Virus record (IMG/VR): IMGVR_UViG_3300030104_007230
Span: 1-64,000 of that record
Reading direction: 5' to 3' (one strand)
Length of the DNA: 64,000 nt
Source: an uncultured virus (IMG/VR IMGVR_UViG_3300030104_007230)
Taxonomy: Duplodnaviria; Heunggongvirae; Uroviricota; Caudoviricetes
The position numbers were made by a program, and so were the translations under genes. Shown here in pieces: positions 26,899 to 36,824 of the stretch (position 1 is the first letter of the stretch; each line of letters opens with the position of its first letter). The notes beneath the pieces are model-generated. The model saw nothing but the letters and a program-made list of their open reading frames with translations. It was not told the DNA's origin and did no database searches.

Positions 26899-28422
26899 AT
26901 GGCAGGAACAAGCATTTATTCTGTTTATCGAAGAACTGCACGTGCTGCAGCTAAACAGCAAATAGTTAAAAAAACATCAGATATTGATGTAGATAGAGCA
27001 CGAGTAGATTTTGCTTATTTTTGTGATGTTGTAGGAGATAAACCACCAGCAAAACATATGGAGTTATGGCATGAGCATCTTTATACGCATGAAGATAGTG
27101 AATGTTTAGTAGGAATCGCTGGGCCTAATGTTGATATTCTTGCTCCAAGAGGTTCTGCAAAATCAACAGTTTTAGGTTTATTCACAGCATGGGCTATAGG
27201 TATTCATGCATTACATCGAAAGCCTTTAAAAATACTATATATTTCTTATACAGTTGATGTTGCACGTCCTAAAAGTGCAGCTATTAAAAGAATTATTGAA
27301 GAAAGTAAGAGATATAAAGAAATCTTTCCAATGGTTAAAATTGCAAAAGGAATTAATTCTAATGAATATTGGAGTATTGATTGGAAATTTGCAGGTATTA
27401 GATCAACAGGTGAAGAAGAATTTAGTTTATGTTGTGCAGGTCTTAAAGGTGCAGTGACTTCTAAACGTTCACATCTTTGTATTATTGATGACGCAATTAA
27501 ATCCGCTGACGATATTAAAAATAGAGATATACGTGTAGCTATGGAAGAGAACTGGAACTCAGTCATTGTTCCAACAATGTTTGAAGGAGGTCGAGCAATA
27601 TGTCTAGGCACACGTTTTCGTCATGATGATATACATCAAACAACTTTTACACCTGATAATGATTGGATACAAATTGTTCAATCTGCATTAATTACAGATG
27701 GAGAAGAAGGTGAAAAATCTTATTGGCCAGATATGTGGTCTGTTGAATATTTAAATGATAGAAAAAGACAAGCTCCTGTAAGTTTTAGTTTTCAATATCA
27801 AAATCAAATAGTAAGAACAAGTGAAATGTCAATTTCACCTGATTTAATTATTAAAGGGCAAATACCTACTGAATTTGATTGTTTAGGTGTAGGTGTTGAT
27901 TTATCTGCAGGAATTAGGGAAAGAAATGATTATACAGTTTTTGTAATGGGTGGAAGAGTCGGTGACAAAATTCATATCATTGACTGTAAACGATTGCGAA
28001 TTATGGGTAACGTAGAAAAATTAGAAGCCATTATGGATATGATGTATGAATGGGGGGTTGTACATAAAGATGGGGATCAATTTTATCCAACAGGAAGCAC
28101 GGTAGATATATGGTCAGAAGCTGTTGCTTATCAGGCTTCTTTAGAAGCAGACTTTAAAAGAATATGCTTAGAAGAACAAGGTTTACATAATCTTCTATGG
28201 CATCCTGTTAAAGGTTTTCGTGGAGATAAAGTTGCACGTTTTAGAGGTATTATGGGTTTATTTGAACGACATAAAATTAGATTTAATAAGTATCGAAAAT
28301 TTCAAGCATTAACAGATGAAATAGTTAATTTTGGAGTTAGTTCACATGATGACTGTGTAGATGCATTAGTTTGGCTTTGCAATGGTTTAATGTCTAGAGG
28401 AAAACTAGAGTTAGAGTATTGA
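26899..28422 (+). CDS. terL: Terminase large subunit
   Basis: Walker A APRGSAKST, Walker B LCIIDD, coupling motif GTR, RNase H-like nuclease GVDLS...HDDCVDAL. Confidence 0.95.
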   Translation: MAGTSIYSVYRRTARAAAKQQIVKKTSDIDVDRARVDFAYFCDVVGDKPPAKHMELWHEHLYTHEDSECLVGIAGPNVDILAPRGSAKSTVLGLFTAWAIGIHALHRKPLKILYISYTVDVARPKSAAIKRIIEESKRYKEIFPMVKIAKGINSNEYWSIDWKFAGIRSTGEEEFSLCCAGLKGAVTSKRSHLCIIDDAIKSADDIKNRDIRVAMEENWNSVIVPTMFEGGRAICLGTRFRHDDIHQTTFTPDNDWIQIVQSALITDGEEGEKSYWPDMWSVEYLNDRKRQAPVSFSFQYQNQIVRTSEMSISPDLIIKGQIPTEFDCLGVGVDLSAGIRERNDYTVFVMGGRVGDKIHIIDCKRLRIMGNVEKLEAIMDMMYEWGVVHKDGDQFYPTGSTVDIWSEAVAYQASLEADFKRICLEEQGLHNLLWHPVKGFRGDKVARFRGIMGLFERHKIRFNKYRKFQALTDEIVNFGVSSHDDCVDALVWLCNGLMSRGKLELEY

Positions 28423-28449
28423 CGATTTAGACTGTTTAAAGCACTTAAC

Positions 28450-28638
28450 ATGGCCTCTAATTTTTATTACGAAGGAATTGAACTTGAGCAAGATGCTTAT
28501 GGTTCAGCAATTATTAATCTTCCAGATGAATTGTGTCACGATCTTGGTCTTCAACCTGGCGAACGATTTAACATCGAAGCTGATGAAGATAATCTTATTT
28601 TCAAGAGAATGGCAGCTGGGTATGAAGTTGAGGCATAG
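28450..28638 (+). CDS. AbrB/MazE/SpoVT-family DNA-binding protein
   Basis: GSAIINLPDELCHDLGLQPGERFNIEADEDNLIFKR. Confidence 0.8.
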   Translation: MASNFYYEGIELEQDAYGSAIINLPDELCHDLGLQPGERFNIEADEDNLIFKRMAAGYEVEA

Positions 28639-28659
28639 TAAAACTACTGATTTTAACTG

Positions 28660-30885
28660 ATGAGTAAAACAAATCCAGCTTTTGAAGCAATGCTTGATTC
28701 AGTCATAAACCGTGAAAATACGGGTGCTGCTGATTCAATGCTAATTAATGCTCATCTAGCTCAAATGAAGATGTTTGGGATTAGACAAGGTGTTGAATTT
28801 TTTCCTGAACAAGATAATTACGGAACACAAAGATATGATCTTATTCAACAAGTTATAAAATTCAATCAATTAGATGCAAGATTAGATGCTATTTGGGATC
28901 ATTTTTTAGCATTAGGAAAAGGATTGTTTTATATACGCCCAACTAAAAAAACATATCGAATTTATTGGTTTGATAAGAATTCGTATCGTACTTATTATTC
29001 ACCAGAAGGTGAATTAGAAGAAGTCATTATTATTTATCCTTACAAAGTTAGATCTTCAAAAGGATTTGCTGCTAGTCAAATTGGTTTAAGTACAGATAAA
29101 AGATACATGCGTCTGCGTATTACAGCTGAAACTATTGAAGAGATGCATAGTGAGCAAGAACTTAGTTTTGATACTCCACAAGAATTTTCAACTTTACAAA
29201 CGAAAGAGTTAGTAAATACGATGCAATTTATTCCTTGTGTTGAGGTTTTTAATAATCCAGATGCATTTGGTACAGAAGGACGAGGTGATTTCGATTGGAT
29301 AGCTAATCAAATTGTTGCACATGATGAAATGGTTAAAAATATTAGAGCAAACTTATCTTTCTTTGGGAATCCAACATTACTTTCTTCTAGACCTAAGCAA
29401 GATATTGTTGAAAGCAATAATCAAGATAATCCACCACAACGTCCAAGTATTTCGAGCCAATCTGGTTTTACTTCTGATTTAAGTATTCTTCAATCAACTT
29501 ATAAACAAGATCCTGTAACGAGAAATCCAGCTGGTTATATAGGAAGCCCTGGAGCAGGAATGCGTGTTCCGCGTGTTATAGCAAATTTAGAACCTTCAGA
29601 TCGTGTTGGTTTTATTACTCCTAATGCAGTTAGTACTGACCAAGCTAGATTTGCTGAACAATTACGTAATGAGATACGACTTGCTTTGGGAGGTATTGAC
29701 GATCTTTCTATTAGCAATGTAACAGCAACAGAAATTAAATCTCAATATGGACGAGTTAGTGCAACAGCTAAAAAGAAATGTCTACAACTTTATAATTATG
29801 GAATTTGTAAATGCTTTGAATTAATTATTTTTCAGGAAGAAGAGATTTTTAAGAAGACACTTGCACAAGCAATTGGTCTTAAAACTGTTGAACTTCCATT
29901 AGATGATTCACCTGAAGAACAAGCTAGATACGACAAACAACAAGCTAGATATGAAAGAAGATTTAGTAAAGCAGTTGCTGAAGTAGAAGAAACAAAAGTG
30001 ATACCACCAGGGGTTTTAGGGCTTGCACCTGATGGAACAAGAAATGTTGAATGGCGATGGATGGGACCTGTTTATGAGGATACAACTCAAGATAAATTAA
30101 ACCAATCTATCTTCACTAGAAACCTTCAAGAATTAGGGGTAGATAGTATAGAAGCACTGAAGTACTTATTTCCTTCTAAAACCGATGACGAAGTAGCTGG
30201 AATGTTATCTGGCTTTCCCTTCCGAATGGTGGGACAAGTGCAAAAGGCTTATTCCACATTTATTGATCTAATCAATCAAGAAATGAGGACGCCTCATCCA
30301 CAACAGCCTGACTTACCTATGTCGGCTGATCCGAGATTCGATCTCACCCCGTATTTATACAGAACACTCGAAAGCTTACAAAAAGAACTGACCTATGCAG
30401 GACGTTTCCGTAGCGCCGACCCAATCGGCACCCCAACCCTCCCAGACCCAGCCGATAAGCTACGCGGCTCCAGTGGCGGCGGCTCCTTCACAGGCACCGC
30501 AGGTGGTTTCAACGACCAACCAATGGGCGGCAGCTCCTACAGGAGCGGTAGCACCAGCACCACAGGTAGCGGCCCAGATAGGAGTGACTCCAACCCAAGC
30601 GACCCCTACCCAGTACTACCCCCAGACCAGCCCCTCTCAAGCACCAACCCAGGAGAATCCTTACAAGGACGCCTTCAACAGGGTGGTAGGACTCCTGAGT
30701 TCGCCAGTGCAAGTCCCCTTCCTGGGTCAACAATCCAGTCAGACATCAGAAGTAAGCCAGGCCAATTACAATTCGCCACAACTAACCCCTTACAACAATC
30801 AGGTTCAGCAGACATCGCAGCCTGGGATGCAGAACAGCCAGGTATCCTCAAACGCTTATTCCCCAACTTCGGAAGGAATAACTGA
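28660..30885 (+). CDS. Portal protein with a long low-complexity C-terminal extension
   Basis: Position between terL and scaffold/MCP, size, helical core; last ~160 aa are Pro/Ser/Gly-rich and overlap the next gene. Confidence 0.8.
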   Translation: MSKTNPAFEAMLDSVINRENTGAADSMLINAHLAQMKMFGIRQGVEFFPEQDNYGTQRYDLIQQVIKFNQLDARLDAIWDHFLALGKGLFYIRPTKKTYRIYWFDKNSYRTYYSPEGELEEVIIIYPYKVRSSKGFAASQIGLSTDKRYMRLRITAETIEEMHSEQELSFDTPQEFSTLQTKELVNTMQFIPCVEVFNNPDAFGTEGRGDFDWIANQIVAHDEMVKNIRANLSFFGNPTLLSSRPKQDIVESNNQDNPPQRPSISSQSGFTSDLSILQSTYKQDPVTRNPAGYIGSPGAGMRVPRVIANLEPSDRVGFITPNAVSTDQARFAEQLRNEIRLALGGIDDLSISNVTATEIKSQYGRVSATAKKKCLQLYNYGICKCFELIIFQEEEIFKKTLAQAIGLKTVELPLDDSPEEQARYDKQQARYERRFSKAVAEVEETKVIPPGVLGLAPDGTRNVEWRWMGPVYEDTTQDKLNQSIFTRNLQELGVDSIEALKYLFPSKTDDEVAGMLSGFPFRMVGQVQKAYSTFIDLINQEMRTPHPQQPDLPMSADPRFDLTPYLYRTLESLQKELTYAGRFRSADPIGTPTLPDPADKLRGSSGGGSFTGTAGGFNDQPMGGSSYRSGSTSTTGSGPDRSDSNPSDPYPVLPPDQPLSSTNPGESLQGRLQQGGRTPEFASASPLPGSTIQSDIRSKPGQLQFATTNPLQQSGSADIAAWDAEQPGILKRLFPNFGRNN

Positions 30886-31417
30886 TGAACAGCTTTTAGC
30901 CAATGGAGTAAGTCAGCAAAGTCTTAAGGTAATTGATCATTTTGGTCCTGATGCAGCAGCAGTTTTAAATAACTATTCTTGCAAGATAGAAGATGCACTT
31001 ATCCATACCGATTCTCAGTTAAGAGAGTCAGTAGGACTTTTACAGGAACTAAATAATGAGCATAAAATTTATGAAAAGATTTTGACTGATCCAGACGTTC
31101 TTGCTGATTATACTTGCCAGTTCTTTGGAGAAAATGGTCCTTATCCTGTACAAGGGCAAGAAAAAATACAGCCTACATATCAGCAAGTTGGTCAACAGAC
31201 TATTCAGAATGCACCTCAAGTTGTTCCTGATCCACAAGCAGCACAATATAGACGTCCTGAAATGCCTGTTCCTCCACAGCCTCAAGCTCCTGAGAATGCA
31301 GGTGATTTCTGGAATAACTTTGGAAACATCGCTGAAAGAGATCCACAAAATGCATGGCGTTATTTGAATACTCAGACTCCTGAGACATTCAGACAAAAAA
31401 TGCTTGTAATGGAATAA
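30395..31417 (+). CDS. Probable capsid scaffolding protein
   Basis: Pro/Gln/Ala-rich N-half, central coiled coil, short C-terminal helical domain; between portal and MCP; followed by a terminator. Confidence 0.65.
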   Translation: MQDVSVAPTQSAPQPSQTQPISYAAPVAAAPSQAPQVVSTTNQWAAAPTGAVAPAPQVAAQIGVTPTQATPTQYYPQTSPSQAPTQENPYKDAFNRVVGLLSSPVQVPFLGQQSSQTSEVSQANYNSPQLTPYNNQVQQTSQPGMQNSQVSSNAYSPTSEGITDEQLLANGVSQQSLKVIDHFGPDAAAVLNNYSCKIEDALIHTDSQLRESVGLLQELNNEHKIYEKILTDPDVLADYTCQFFGENGPYPVQGQEKIQPTYQQVGQQTIQNAPQVVPDPQAAQYRRPEMPVPPQPQAPENAGDFWNNFGNIAERDPQNAWRYLNTQTPETFRQKMLVME

Positions 31418-31441
31418 CCGTAAACTTATTAAATGTAAAAT

Positions 31442-31469
31442 AAAGGGTAGTAAATAACTGCCCTTTTTT
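31442..31469 (+). terminator. Intrinsic terminator
   Basis: AAAGGGTAG-TAAATAA-CTGCCCTTT-TTT. Confidence 0.75.
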
Positions 31470-31490
31470 ATTATTCAGAATTAAAATATT

Positions 31491-32347
31491 ATGGCATATG
31501 CAGCAGCAGCACAAGTAATACCGAGGATGGCAGGACTATTAGCCAAACTTAAAGGTGCAGCACAAGGAGTAAAAGGTGTTGCCCAAGGTGTAGGAGCCGT
31601 AGGTAAAGGCGGAGCGCTTTCAACTATGATGCAACCAGCTTATGTTCCATTAGGAACAACTTTTACACCTAATGCACTTGGTAAAGCTGCAATGCTTGGA
31701 GTAGCAGCAGCTCCTGGAGTTCTTGGTTATACACACGGAAGAGATACTGGATATCATGATCCTGATCGTAGTGGAATAGGAGGCACACTTGGTTACAGTC
31801 TTTTACATCCTTTGGCAGGTTTAGGATATGCAGTAGGACATTCACAAGGACATGACTCAAGTCAGTCATCTGAGGATAAAAAAATTAAGGCACAAGTAGA
31901 AAAAATATTAAAACAAAGAGAAGCACAAAAGAAACTTCAAGATAATCTTAGATCTATACTTATGCCTACAACTATTGGAGGGAATATTTAATCATGGCTA
32001 ACTCACCTGAAAAAGCTGTTGCACTTGCTAAAGAAGCAATGCTTTTAAGATCTTTACAAGCAGAAATACAAAAACAAGGAAGTCAGGTTAATCCTGAAGT
32101 TGAAGCTCCTCAAACTTCAATGCAACCAGGAGTAGTTAATCCTAATCCAAAACCTAATGGAGAACGTGTAACACCTCCTAATGTTTGGTCTACAAGTAAC
32201 TTAATTCCAGGACCATCAGGAGAATCTAAACTTGCATCAACATGGAATCCAGCAATGGATCCAGATAACGAAACAGAACGAGAAGTCAATAGGGGCTTAG
32301 GTTCGAACGGATTTAATTATGCAACACAAGATCCTTGGAGTAGATAA
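31491..32347 (+). other. Two hypothetical virion-region genes (31491-31991, 31994-32347)
   Basis: Abutting ORFs between scaffold and MCP. Confidence 0.65.
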
Positions 32348-32376
32348 TTAATAACGTACATAAGTAAGTCTGAGTT

Positions 32377-32476
32377 ATAATTACTTTTAATGGGACTTTT
32401 GTTCCAGGAGTGATAACAGCTTGTCTGTTATTGAGATTAATTTAATCTCTAATATCAGCACAATTTCTTTAGCTGA
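32377..32476 (+). promoter_or_regulatory. MCP promoter (-10 TATAAT) and a leader with four tandem hairpins
   Basis: TGGGAC/GTTCCA, ATAACAG/CTGTTAT, GAGATTA/TAATCTC, TCAGC/GCTGA. Confidence 0.55.
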
Positions 32477-32483
32477 ATAGACA

Positions 32484-33635
32484 ATGTTTATTGATAACGA
32501 TTTCCCTAAACTGCTCGGTGCCGAACTTTATCGTCCGCACCCAGCCTATATCGTGGAGATGGCTTGCGAGCCAATAGTGGTCCACGATTTTACGAAGCAA
32601 CCAGGTCAGACTGTTCAGTTAGACCGTTACAGGTTCTTCGGCGCTCCAGGGACAAAATCCAACCGTGAGCGTACACAAGATCAAACAATAGGTACAGCTA
32701 ATAGTCGTTCGATTGTTAAGGACAAAGTTCTAGTTTCTCTTCGTGAGTACACTGGTCCTGCAGATCCTAACAATGCGAATCTTCCTAGTACTTTCAAGAT
32801 TGCCCGTGAAACCTTGATGACAGCGCAGCGTTTGCTGCTTGACACAGGGAATCTCAACATGTTCCATCAGTCAATAGGTAGCTTAACCCTGCTTGATGAC
32901 TACAGAAGATGGAGAGATAGAGTCTTCCTTGACGAATTATTCAAGGCAGAATCACGTGGTAAGTCTTCTGATACTCAAGGTGGTTACTACTATCCTGAGA
33001 ATCCTACTAAGGCTACTAGCACTTCTCTACCTGCTTATAGTGCATCTCAGTATGCATCTGAGCGTTTCAAATTTAACGTTAAAACTGACCTTCTAGAAGT
33101 AGTTAAAGGTTTGCGTAAGCGTAACGTACCTGTCTTTGCAGATGGCTACTATCGCTGTATTGCTGACCCTTCATTCATGAAGGACATGAGAGCTGATTCT
33201 GGCTTCCGTGAAGTTGCTCGTTACCCTGGCATGGGACAGCCAAATCCTCTTATGAGTGCACAGGCTCCCAACGCAGCTGTTTATGGCGGTGGTCAGTTCG
33301 GGCAAGCACAGTTTGTAGGCGGTGAGCCAGTTATGCCATCAGGATTCGTCTTTGAAGGTGTAAGGTTCTTCGAATCTACTAACATGCCTAGCAAAACCAT
33401 TTCGGTCGATATTGGTGATGGAAACGGTGCACAAACACGTGACACCCCTCCTGCTCTTTTCTTTGGTCCTCAGTCCGTTGGCGTCGGCATTGGTGGTCCT
33501 AATGCTCAAGTTTTGATTAATAACAATGATGACTTCTCAAGATTTATCATTCTTATATGGCAGCTTTATGCTGGTTTTGCGAACTTGAACAAGGACTTCA
33601 CAACAGTCGGTTTCACCGTTACTGAAGCTTATTAA
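32484..33635 (+). CDS. Major capsid protein
   Basis: 383 aa, HDFTKQPGQTVQLDRY, C-terminal DFSRFIILIWQLYAGF; codon use typical of a highly expressed gene; position in the head module. Confidence 0.85.
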   Translation: MFIDNDFPKLLGAELYRPHPAYIVEMACEPIVVHDFTKQPGQTVQLDRYRFFGAPGTKSNRERTQDQTIGTANSRSIVKDKVLVSLREYTGPADPNNANLPSTFKIARETLMTAQRLLLDTGNLNMFHQSIGSLTLLDDYRRWRDRVFLDELFKAESRGKSSDTQGGYYYPENPTKATSTSLPAYSASQYASERFKFNVKTDLLEVVKGLRKRNVPVFADGYYRCIADPSFMKDMRADSGFREVARYPGMGQPNPLMSAQAPNAAVYGGGQFGQAQFVGGEPVMPSGFVFEGVRFFESTNMPSKTISVDIGDGNGAQTRDTPPALFFGPQSVGVGIGGPNAQVLINNNDDFSRFIILIWQLYAGFANLNKDFTTVGFTVTEAY

Positions 33636-33656
33636 ATAGGAGGTAATTAATTTAAA

Positions 33657-34475
33657 ATGGCAACTTACAAAGCTGACGCTGGGGCAATTCTTAATCCTGG
33701 CAACCAAATCAACAGGCTATCCTCCTATAACACAGAAGGTGTTTATGCATGGCCTGGTATTGAAGCGTTCGAATTAATTGGATACGTTAAAGTTTCCAAT
33801 TTAGCTGCTGATAAAGCTAGTTATAAGAGTTTCAATATAACTATTCCTTCTCCTGATCGTCGAGTAGATGATCGTGTAAGGAATGATCGTACAAGTTTAG
33901 TTGTACAAGCAAGTGCGGCTCGTCCTGCGTATGTATATGGTGCTTCCATATCTATTGCACAGGATATTCCTTCTGGTGGATTAGCAACTTTCCCTGCTTC
34001 TCCTGTAACCGCTGATTTAGGCGCTACATCTACAGAACTTCTGCTTCTTGGACCTGATAATAGTGGTGCACCAATTGGTGTTCCTGCTACACAGGCTCTT
34101 GGTAATGCAGGTGCATCTTCTTATATAACTGCAGCTAGTTCTGCATTTGCACAAGGTGCAGCGGCTACAACAGTAGCTGGCGTTCCTTTCTGGACAGCTG
34201 TTACAACTGCTGGTATTGACGATCAGGATGCTGCAAACTCTATGCTATATAAAGTTGTAGCTGATACTACCTTTAAGGTGTATAACGTTGATGCTGTTAC
34301 TGGAACAACTGTTTCAGGTGATGGTGTATACATTAGCCAAGCTGATTCAGATGCTGGCCGTGCTGGTTATATTCTCTGTAGAGTTAACTACATTCGTCCT
34401 GCATACAACGTTAGTTGGAATGATATACAAGGTTTTATTGACTTTGCATCTCAGGTCGGAGGAAACGACGAATAA
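33657..34475 (+). CDS. Abundant structural protein (capsid decoration or minor capsid)
   Basis: Strong AGGAGG RBS, co-transcribed with MCP, Ala/Gly/Ser-rich beta character, followed by a terminator. Confidence 0.6.
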   Translation: MATYKADAGAILNPGNQINRLSSYNTEGVYAWPGIEAFELIGYVKVSNLAADKASYKSFNITIPSPDRRVDDRVRNDRTSLVVQASAARPAYVYGASISIAQDIPSGGLATFPASPVTADLGATSTELLLLGPDNSGAPIGVPATQALGNAGASSYITAASSAFAQGAAATTVAGVPFWTAVTTAGIDDQDAANSMLYKVVADTTFKVYNVDAVTGTTVSGDGVYISQADSDAGRAGYILCRVNYIRPAYNVSWNDIQGFIDFASQVGGNDE

Positions 34476-34497
34476 TTATATTTTTCGTTTAATAATT

Positions 34498-34525
34498 AAG
34501 ACTGGTGTAATAGCCAGTCTTTTTT
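34498..34525 (+). terminator. Intrinsic terminator
   Basis: AAGACTGG-TGTAATAG-CCAGTCTT-TTTT. Confidence 0.85.
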
Positions 34526-34582
34526 ATGTTTTTCAAGTATTAAGCAATGTATTCTATTGATAGTTAATTTAAAAATTTAGAA

Positions 34583-35023
34583 ATGCTCTACCAATACAAA
34601 CCAACTGGTTCACTTGTAGAGAAAATATCTCAACATGGTGACGGTGTTGTTATGTGCATAGATTCTCAAGATGAAGTTTTATATGTTGAAGAAGAAGATC
34701 TTATTCCACATTTAGATGCAACAACAGAACAAATTAAAACTGAAGAACGTTTAACAGAACAATTAAAAGCAGAAGGAGTTAAACCTTCAAAACCAACAAA
34801 AAAAGAAACATTTCCTGTTGATATTAGACTTAATCTCAATACAGCAAGTCCTCGTCAAATCGCTGATGCGTTGCCTGGTGTAGGATTAAAGACAGCCAGA
34901 GATATTAAGGATTTACAATCCACGATGCTTGGTGAAAAGTTCATTAAATTAGAACAACTTAAATCAATTAAGCGTGTCGATTGGGATGAACTAATAAAAG
35001 AGAATCTTATTCGCGTTGAATAA
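34583..35023 (+). CDS. Helix-hairpin-helix (ComEA-like) DNA-binding protein
   Basis: RLNLNTASPRQIADALPGVGLKTARDI...F..LEQLKSIKRV. Confidence 0.85.
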   Translation: MLYQYKPTGSLVEKISQHGDGVVMCIDSQDEVLYVEEEDLIPHLDATTEQIKTEERLTEQLKAEGVKPSKPTKKETFPVDIRLNLNTASPRQIADALPGVGLKTARDIKDLQSTMLGEKFIKLEQLKSIKRVDWDELIKENLIRVE

Positions 35024-35502
35024 TGCAACTTGACACCTTTTTAAAGTCTAAAATTCGTTGGCACTTAGGTTATAACCAAACTTCTGTACCAGCTGGTGAT
35101 TTAGCAAGATTAGAAGAAGCTTGTGAAAATGTACAAGATACTTATTGGTATTCGAAGATAACTGAACAAGTTACCCGATGTGATGAAGCTGAAAAACGTA
35201 CAGATATGACAGGTAGTGCTAATAATTTTGCTGTTCCAGCAGGAAGAAAAGAAAATATAGCTGGTGACGTAGACCGTACAATTAGCACAACAGATTATAA
35301 AGATACATTAAAAACATGGAATACTATTTATCTTTACGAATGTGATAGGCTTGCTCAACATTTATATGTTCCAAATTATCGTAATCCAGAACAAGCTAGA
35401 TATCGTTTTGAAAGAGAAGGTGCAGAATTTATACAAGCTTTACCTGGACCTGCTGACGTTGCAGTAGGTACACGTCTTTTATTTGCCACTGAACTTAGAT
35501 AA
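35023..35502 (+). CDS. Probable head-completion/adaptor protein
   Basis: 159 aa, KIRWHLGY N-terminus, position after the capsid genes. Confidence 0.5.
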   Translation: MQLDTFLKSKIRWHLGYNQTSVPAGDLARLEEACENVQDTYWYSKITEQVTRCDEAEKRTDMTGSANNFAVPAGRKENIAGDVDRTISTTDYKDTLKTWNTIYLYECDRLAQHLYVPNYRNPEQARYRFEREGAEFIQALPGPADVAVGTRLLFATELR

Positions 35503-35802
35503 TGTCTAAAAAGAAAATGCCACCTGAGCTTCTTGAGCATTTCAAGAGTAAATTGGCTAAAAATACAGAAAATAAAGAAACATCAGACTCTTCTAAGCGT
35601 TCAGAAGCATTATCTAAAGCTAAAAATAAAATAGAAGAAAAAAATACTAAAGTACGTGCTGAAAAACAAAAAACTAATTAAAAAAGCTTTAAAACAATCT
35701 AATTTATATAGCGAAGCTGAAATAAACTATTTTAAATTATGGAAATCAGAAAAAAAGCGTCAAAAAAAGATTAAAAAAAAGGATAAATCTAAGTTAGGTT
35801 AG
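35502..35802 (+). other. Two small Lys-rich ORFs below the track cutoff (35502-35681 MSKKKMPPELLEHFK...; 35656-35802 ...KKLIKKALKQSNLYSEAEINYFKLW)
   Basis: Hand translation; they fill the gap with start/stop overlaps. Confidence 0.6.
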
Positions 35803-35829
35803 AATAAAGAATAATAAGCGCAAAAGAAA

Positions 35830-36612
35830 TTGGCATCGACCTCAACAAATAAACAACCAATGATGCTGGATAGACCAGCAACTTCTAGTACATTGGTTAC
35901 TGTTGCATCAGGACAGTTATTTTCTACTAGTTTAATTCCTACAGCGATTGGTAACTCTACAAAAGTATTTGATGTTGATTCTGCATTAACAGATAGTTCT
36001 ATTGGTGGTGCATATGTTGATGAAATATGGATTAGGTATTCCAGAGATGTAAATGATTATATAGAAGCACTTTCACCTATTACTGCAACTTATTCTATAA
36101 ACAATGGTTCAGGTGGAGCAGGAACAATACTAGAGGTTGCTTCATCTAGTCATAATTTAAAAGTAGGTCAAAAAGTTTATTTAAACTTTACGAGTGGAAC
36201 TGGAGTTGATGGTACTTTTAGCGTCACAGCTGTTACAGGTGCCACCTTTACTGCAACACATGGTACTTCTTTAAATACAAGTGGAGCTGTTTCTGTTTAT
36301 GAGCCTACTGATATTTGTTTTTACTTAGTTAAAGTAGGGACAATTACTAATACCAATCAATTCTTTCCTTTATTTGTAGCAAATGTAGAATCTATTCCTA
36401 GTAATGCAACTTATAGCATGACTTTGAAAGAGAGATTACCTTTTATTAATAATCCTGTTCCTCATGCAGGAGCTAATTTTACAGGTTTAGATGTATCTCC
36501 TAAAACTCGTGGACTAATACTTCCATCAGGATCTGCTTTATATGCATCTGTAAGTGGGGCAACTTCCTTAACTAATGGATTCTATATAAATGTTCAAGGA
36601 GGATACTATTAA
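35830..36612 (+). CDS. Virion structural protein with a beta-rich HxL.xG module
   Basis: SSHNLKVGQKVYLNFTSG module, Thr/Ser-rich, TTG start. Confidence 0.7.
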   Translation: MASTSTNKQPMMLDRPATSSTLVTVASGQLFSTSLIPTAIGNSTKVFDVDSALTDSSIGGAYVDEIWIRYSRDVNDYIEALSPITATYSINNGSGGAGTILEVASSSHNLKVGQKVYLNFTSGTGVDGTFSVTAVTGATFTATHGTSLNTSGAVSVYEPTDICFYLVKVGTITNTNQFFPLFVANVESIPSNATYSMTLKERLPFINNPVPHAGANFTGLDVSPKTRGLILPSGSALYASVSGATSLTNGFYINVQGGYY

Positions 36613-36614
36613 AA

Positions 36615-36821
36615 ATGACACAAAGTTTAGAAGAATTTAGAAAAGAATTTGGTTATGACGACTTAAGTTCTTCTTATCCAGATAAGTGCGCTTCTATAGG
36701 TGTTAAAAATATGAAAGCTATGAATTGGTGTCGAGCAAATGAAATGGCTACTCTTTGGTCAAAAGGAACAATGTGGGGACCAAGAACACAATATCCTAAT
36801 CCTGCTCAGAAACATAAGTAG
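36615..36821 (+). CDS. Hypothetical protein
   Basis: 68-aa ORF between structural genes. Confidence 0.5.
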   Translation: MTQSLEEFRKEFGYDDLSSSYPDKCASIGVKNMKAMNWCRANEMATLWSKGTMWGPRTQYPNPAQKHK

Positions 36822-36824
36822 TAA

